From an uncultured virus (IMG/VR IMGVR_UViG_3300038317_000166) (taxonomy: Duplodnaviria; Heunggongvirae; Uroviricota; Caudoviricetes), in IMG/VR virus record IMGVR_UViG_3300038317_000166: a stretch of 20,000 bases of DNA; one strand, given 5' to 3'. The notes under the pieces are model-generated. The model saw only the letters and a list, made by a program, of their open reading frames with translations. It was not told the DNA's origin and ran no database searches. The stretch's first letter is position 1. Every line of letters begins with the position of its first letter. The position numbers and the translations under genes were made by a program. Positions 16,534 through 20,000 of this stretch are shown piece by piece.

Positions 16534-18088
16534 GAATGTAACCGTCATTCCGGCGAGGAAGCATACCCGAAAGAGCAAGGACGAAGAAAAACCGAAGCTC
16601 CGCGTTGCTGCCTACTGCCGCGTTTCCACAGACAGCGACGAACAGGCGACCAGTTATGACGCACAAATTGAACACTACACCGCTTACATTAACGGCCACC
16701 CAGACTGGGAATTGGCGGGAATCTATGCGGACGACGGCATCTCCGGCACCAATACAAAAAAGCGCGAGGAATTCAACCGCATGATTGACGAGTGCATGGC
16801 CGGCAATATCGACATGGTCATCACGAAGTCCATCAGCCGGTTTGCCCGAAATACGCTGGACTGCTTGAAATACATCCGTCAGCTCAAGGACAAGAACATT
16901 CCTGTTTTCTTTGAAAAAGAAAATATCAACTCTATGGATTCCAAGGGCGAGGTCATGCTTACCATCATGGCGTCGCTTGCCCAGCAGGAAAGCCAATCCT
17001 TAAGTCAGAACGTTAAGCTGGGCCTGCAATACCGATACCAGCAGGGCGAAATCCAGATAAATTGTGCTCGGTTCCTCGGTTATACAAAGGATGAGAATAA
17101 GCATCTTGTAATAGTGCCGGAAGAAGCTGAAATTGTGAAACGCATTTACCGGGAATACCTTGAAGGTGCCAGTATGCTTAAAATCGCTCGCGGTCTGGAA
17201 GCGGACGGTATTCTGAACGGAGCCGGTAAGGAAAAATGGCATACCAGCAACGTGAACCAGATTTTGCGCAATGAAAAATACATCGGTGATGCTCTACTGC
17301 AGAAAACCTATACCGTTGACTTCCTTACGAAAAAGCGGGTTAAAAATAACGGCCTTGTTCCACAATACTATGTTGAAAACAGCCATGAAGCCATCATCCC
17401 GCGTGAAATTTTCATGCAGGTGCAGGAGGAGCTTATCCGCCGCCGAATCGTCCACACCAGCCCGAATGGAAAAAACAGAACCTTCAGCAGCAATCACTGC
17501 TTCGCTCAGATGATTATCTGCGGTAACTGCGGTGAGGTGTTCAGACGGGTTCACTGGAACAACCGTGGCAAGAAGTCCGTCGTCTGGCGGTGCGTCAGCC
17601 GCTTGGAAAACACCGGTCTGTTCTGCGATGCTCGAACGGTGCCGGAAAGCCAGATTGAGCAAGTGCTGGTTACCGCTATCAACCAAACTTTGTGCGACAA
17701 GGACAACTTCCTCGTCACCCTTCAGAACAATATCGAGACGGTCATAATCCATGAAAACGACCAGACGCTGGACGCTATTGACAAGCGGCTTGAAGAACTT
17801 CAAACCGAGCTTTTGAAGCTGGCCAGTTCCAAGGCAGATTACGAAGATGTCGCTGACGAGATTTACCGCCTGCGCGAGGAAAAGCAGAAAGTGCAGCTCG
17901 ATAACGTCGGCCGGGATGAACTGAAAAAACGCATCACCGATATGGGCGACTTCCTGCGAAAACAGCCCACCGCCATTACGGAATACGACGAGCCGCTTGT
18001 CCGGCGACTGATTGAAAAAGTCACCGTCTACGAGGATAAATTCACTGTGGAATTTAAGTCGGGTGTTACGGTGGATGTGGATGAATAA
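16520..18088 (+). CDS. Large serine recombinase 2
   Basis: [15 protein letters not shown] with catalytic Ser, [42 protein letters not shown]...WRC...C zinc ribbon; RBS GGAGGTG. Confidence 0.95.
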   Translation: MEVSKNVTVIPARKHTRKSKDEEKPKLRVAAYCRVSTDSDEQATSYDAQIEHYTAYINGHPDWELAGIYADDGISGTNTKKREEFNRMIDECMAGNIDMVITKSISRFARNTLDCLKYIRQLKDKNIPVFFEKENINSMDSKGEVMLTIMASLAQQESQSLSQNVKLGLQYRYQQGEIQINCARFLGYTKDENKHLVIVPEEAEIVKRIYREYLEGASMLKIARGLEADGILNGAGKEKWHTSNVNQILRNEKYIGDALLQKTYTVDFLTKKRVKNNGLVPQYYVENSHEAIIPREIFMQVQEELIRRRIVHTSPNGKNRTFSSNHCFAQMIICGNCGEVFRRVHWNNRGKKSVVWRCVSRLENTGLFCDARTVPESQIEQVLVTAINQTLCDKDNFLVTLQNNIETVIIHENDQTLDAIDKRLEELQTELLKLASSKADYEDVADEIYRLREEKQKVQLDNVGRDELKKRITDMGDFLRKQPTAITEYDEPLVRRLIEKVTVYEDKFTVEFKSGVTVDVDE

Positions 18089-18100
18089 ACTAAAAACGAA

Positions 18101-18145
18101 CGAAGCACTCTACGGAATTATAACGTAGGGTGCCTCGCTTTATTA
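18101..18145. terminator. Probable bidirectional terminator between convergent genes
   Basis: CGAAGCACTCTACG (18101-18114) / CGTAGGGTGCCTCG (18124-18137), 9-nt loop, A-rich on the left and T-rich on the right. Confidence 0.7.
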
Positions 18146-19108
18146 TTATCTTAGTTCCAAACGCTCGAAAATTCGGTAGCAAATGTATGTCAAATAAGGA
18201 GACGGCACTTTCTTCTGGCCAAAATCCCAGTCCTTTAATTTCAAATACACCGATTCAGGCGTAAAAAAGCCTTCTTTATCTTGTTTACTTTTTATATGCG
18301 CAACCATCTCAAGGAAGCGCGGGTCAATCCGTACAAACTCATATTTGCTCAGCACTCCGGCTACGCTGACAATATCATACCAGCATGACGGTGCCTTCAG
18401 CTTGCGGAAGTCGGTACCCATATAGAACATATAAGGATGCTGACCAAGGCTGTTTTCCCACAGGCTCAGCAGCGTTTTCGCGGAGGAAACCGCAATCTGT
18501 GAATCTTTATACTCCGGTATATGCGACAGCAGATCGGCCATAATCAGTGTCGCATACGGGCAGCAATCGTCCTTTTTACCGGGTCCTCTGAATTTGCCCA
18601 GTTCTGGGGAAACAGCGCAGGGGAAGCCGTTATCCCTACATAGAGATACCAAATAGTCAACGCCGGGCTTGATATATTCACGATAATCCATACCCGCCTT
18701 TAGCAGAGCGAGCAAAAGCTGCGGGGCGTCGCACAGGCACCAGCTGAACACATCCTCGCCCGTACCGCCGAAATGCTTCGGGACATTGGTCATAGACTGA
18801 TAGATGCCGTGCTCGTCCCGGTGCTTAAGAATTTCATCGACGGCCGCTTTTATTTCGGGAACTTCCATGCCGAATCCGATATCCAGCAGAAACAGCAGCT
18901 TGTGTATCGGCAGCTCGGGGTTTTTATGGTTTGTTACCAGCGTACCGTGAAATGCCGAAACGTCCTCAAGGTACTTTTTGATACGGCTATCCGCCAGCGC
19001 AGCGTTTCTGAGCTCAACGAGAGCGTCCTCTGAGTCGTTGCATAAATTATGATGAATCGCGTATTTAAGCCAGCCTTCGCTGCGCTCCAAGAGCTTTTGA
19101 TATTCCAT
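18146..19108 (-). CDS. Hypothetical protein, possibly alpha/alpha-barrel (prenyltransferase/squalene cyclase repeat-like)
   Basis: 320-aa ORF with RBS AGGTGA; repeated helix + (Q/R)DxxG(F/I) turns (HRDEHGIY, CRDNGFP, KQDKEGFF). The fold call is tentative. Confidence 0.6.
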   Translation of the reverse strand: MEYQKLLERSEGWLKYAIHHNLCNDSEDALVELRNAALADSRIKKYLEDVSAFHGTLVTNHKNPELPIHKLLFLLDIGFGMEVPEIKAAVDEILKHRDEHGIYQSMTNVPKHFGGTGEDVFSWCLCDAPQLLLALLKAGMDYREYIKPGVDYLVSLCRDNGFPCAVSPELGKFRGPGKKDDCCPYATLIMADLLSHIPEYKDSQIAVSSAKTLLSLWENSLGQHPYMFYMGTDFRKLKAPSCWYDIVSVAGVLSKYEFVRIDPRFLEMVAHIKSKQDKEGFFTPESVYLKLKDWDFGQKKVPSPYLTYICYRIFERLELR

Positions 19109-19140
19109 ACTGCAATCACCTACTTTTCACCAAACTCAAG

Positions 19141-19623
19141 TTATTCCATGGCCAGTCCTTTATCAATAGCTTCCTGAATAATTTTATGGCAGCAAACGCC
19201 AAGCGGATTATTCTCTTTGCAATTGGAGTTTTTCATCGCTCCGGTAATGGCGTTCACTTCCTTAACCGTTTTTGCTCCATGCTTTACAACTGCTTCTATT
19301 ATCTGTTCTTCAGTTACTTTACTGCAATAGCATGCATACTTAGGATTTGCATCTTTTTTGAACCAAATGGGAACACTGACCTGGTCTTTTAAGAATGTCG
19401 TTCCATTGTCCAAGTTATAGTAAACCACTTCGCAATCTTCATTCATGCAGATCTTGTAGCAATCTCCTGCTATATCTTTGCGATGGCTTTCTGCCACCAG
19501 ATGTTCAACGGTTACCTTGCCTACAGATATTCCCTCACTATTGCAGACGGGGCACTTATTTGCCTTGGCCATATCTGTCACTTTTGTGTTGCATCCACAA
19601 CAGCAGTCATTATTTAAATTCAT
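19141..19623 (-). CDS. CopZ-type Zn-binding / BFD-like [2Fe-2S] cluster protein (Csac_0668-like)
   Basis: CPVC...C...C.VVYY then YACYCSKVTEEQI..AV...GA and CKENNPLGVCC, as in the Archaeoglobus CopZ N-terminal domain; ATG 19623 lies 7 nt after GGAGGT. Confidence 0.8.
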   Translation of the reverse strand: MNLNNDCCCGCNTKVTDMAKANKCPVCNSEGISVGKVTVEHLVAESHRKDIAGDCYKICMNEDCEVVYYNLDNGTTFLKDQVSVPIWFKKDANPKYACYCSKVTEEQIIEAVVKHGAKTVKEVNAITGAMKNSNCKENNPLGVCCHKIIQEAIDKGLAME

Positions 19624-19658
19624 ATCCAAAACCTCCGTTTACTGAGATTGATTTGCGT

Positions 19659-19774
19659 ATCTAATCTGACCACACAACCTTGACATTTTCAAAAAACATC
19701 TAAACCGACCACTCACGAACCCATGTTATCTAAATCGACCACTCGTCAAACACCGACATCTAAATCGCTCTCTC
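19659..19774. repeat. Four 17-bp imperfect direct repeats, consensus ATCTAAAYCGACCACTC
   Basis: 19659 ATCTAATCTGACCACAC; 19698 ATCTAAACCGACCACTC; 19728 ATCTAAATCGACCACTC; 19758 ATCTAAATCGCTCTCTC; start-to-start spacing 39, 30, 30. Confidence 0.85.
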
Positions 19775-19860
19775 GCACTCGAAAATGCCCGCTTTGACTT
19801 GTTTCCTCGAAGCGATAAATTTGCGATTTTAGCACGTCGGATTTTTACACCCAAACTCCG

Positions 19861-19886
19861 AAAAGCCCAGTGCTACTGAACTTTTT
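19861..19886 (-). terminator. Hairpin just downstream of the rlmD stop codon, possible weak terminator
   Basis: Minus strand AAAAGTTCAGT-AGC-ACTGGGCTTTT; pairs fully only on this strand (two G-U pairs). Confidence 0.45.
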
Positions 19887-19892
19887 ATGCAC

Positions 19893-20000
19893 TTACTTAT
19901 CAACCCTTGTTATCAATACAACTGTCTCAACGTGGCTTGTTCTCGGGAACATATCAACAGGGGTAATACATTCGGTTTTATATCCTAATTTTGCAAAAAA
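19893..20000 (-). CDS. rlmD: 23S rRNA (uracil-1939-C5)-methyltransferase RlmD/RumA, 3' end only
   Basis: Minus-strand translation FFAKLGYKTECITPVDMFPRTSHVETVVLITRVDK*; VDMFP.T.HVE is the TrmA/RlmD C-terminal signature. Not in the ORF track. Confidence 0.9.
   Translation of the reverse strand, partial: FFAKLGYKTECITPVDMFPRTSHVETVVLITRVDK
19902..19964. other. Predicted prophage-host attachment junction inside rlmD, crossover near the His-Val-Glu codons
   Basis: Imperfect inverted repeat ACCCTTGTT (19903-19911) / AACAGGGGT (19956-19964) centred on 19933/19934; the rumA 3' end is a known serine-integrase target. Confidence 0.6.

Larger units (their letters stand above)
1..19934. mobile_element. 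Prophage (siphovirus-like, HK97 capsid), right-hand portion; left end lies outside the window, right end predicted inside the rlmD 3' end
   Basis: Continuous co-oriented head, tail, lysis and serine recombinase gene order, ending at an rlmD 3' end, a known target of serine-integrase elements. The exact boundary is inferred. Confidence 0.9.

Noticed and set aside
19141..19629. Selenoprotein version of the CopZ-like/Csac_0668-like protein
   Set aside because: No in-frame TGA; all candidate ligands are Cys and the stop is TAA.
19680..19710. Perfect TTGACA as a + strand promoter firing antisense to rlmD
   Set aside because: No acceptable -10 hexamer 16-18 nt downstream; better explained as part of the att-like AACCTTGACAT motif.
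19659..19774. Mini-CRISPR or guide-RNA array reading of the 17-bp repeats
   Set aside because: Repeats are short and degenerate, the intervening segments are only 13-22 nt, no cas-like gene is in the window, and I saw no convincing match of the spacers elsewhere in it.

Overview
The window is the right-hand half of a Siphoviridae-type (HK97-capsid, long non-contractile tail) prophage in a Bacillota host, probably Clostridia. On the + strand it runs: 3' part of the major capsid gene, head fibre, head-tail joining genes, major tail protein, tail assembly chaperone with an intact -1 frameshift site, tape measure, Dit, an extended Gp37-like hub, two further tail or baseplate genes, holin, an unexplained 462-aa fibre-like gene, and an amidase-SPOR endolysin. 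A SHOCT-like gene and a serine recombinase triplet follow (two full-length enzymes flanking a recombinase-domain-only protein). Two convergent cargo genes (a 320-aa hypothetical and a CopZ-Zn/[2Fe-2S] protein) lie next, then the 3' end of the host rlmD/rumA gene on the - strand, which is the probable integration site. The most unusual signals are (i) four 17-bp direct repeats just inside the prophage end, three at exact 30-bp spacing, one sharing 12/13 nt with the arm of the predicted att site, (ii) the three-recombinase module with an RBS-sequestering hairpin and a palindrome-covered promoter, and (iii) a tail-fibre-like gene inserted between holin and endolysin. Family calls come from recalled motifs and synteny; no searches were run.
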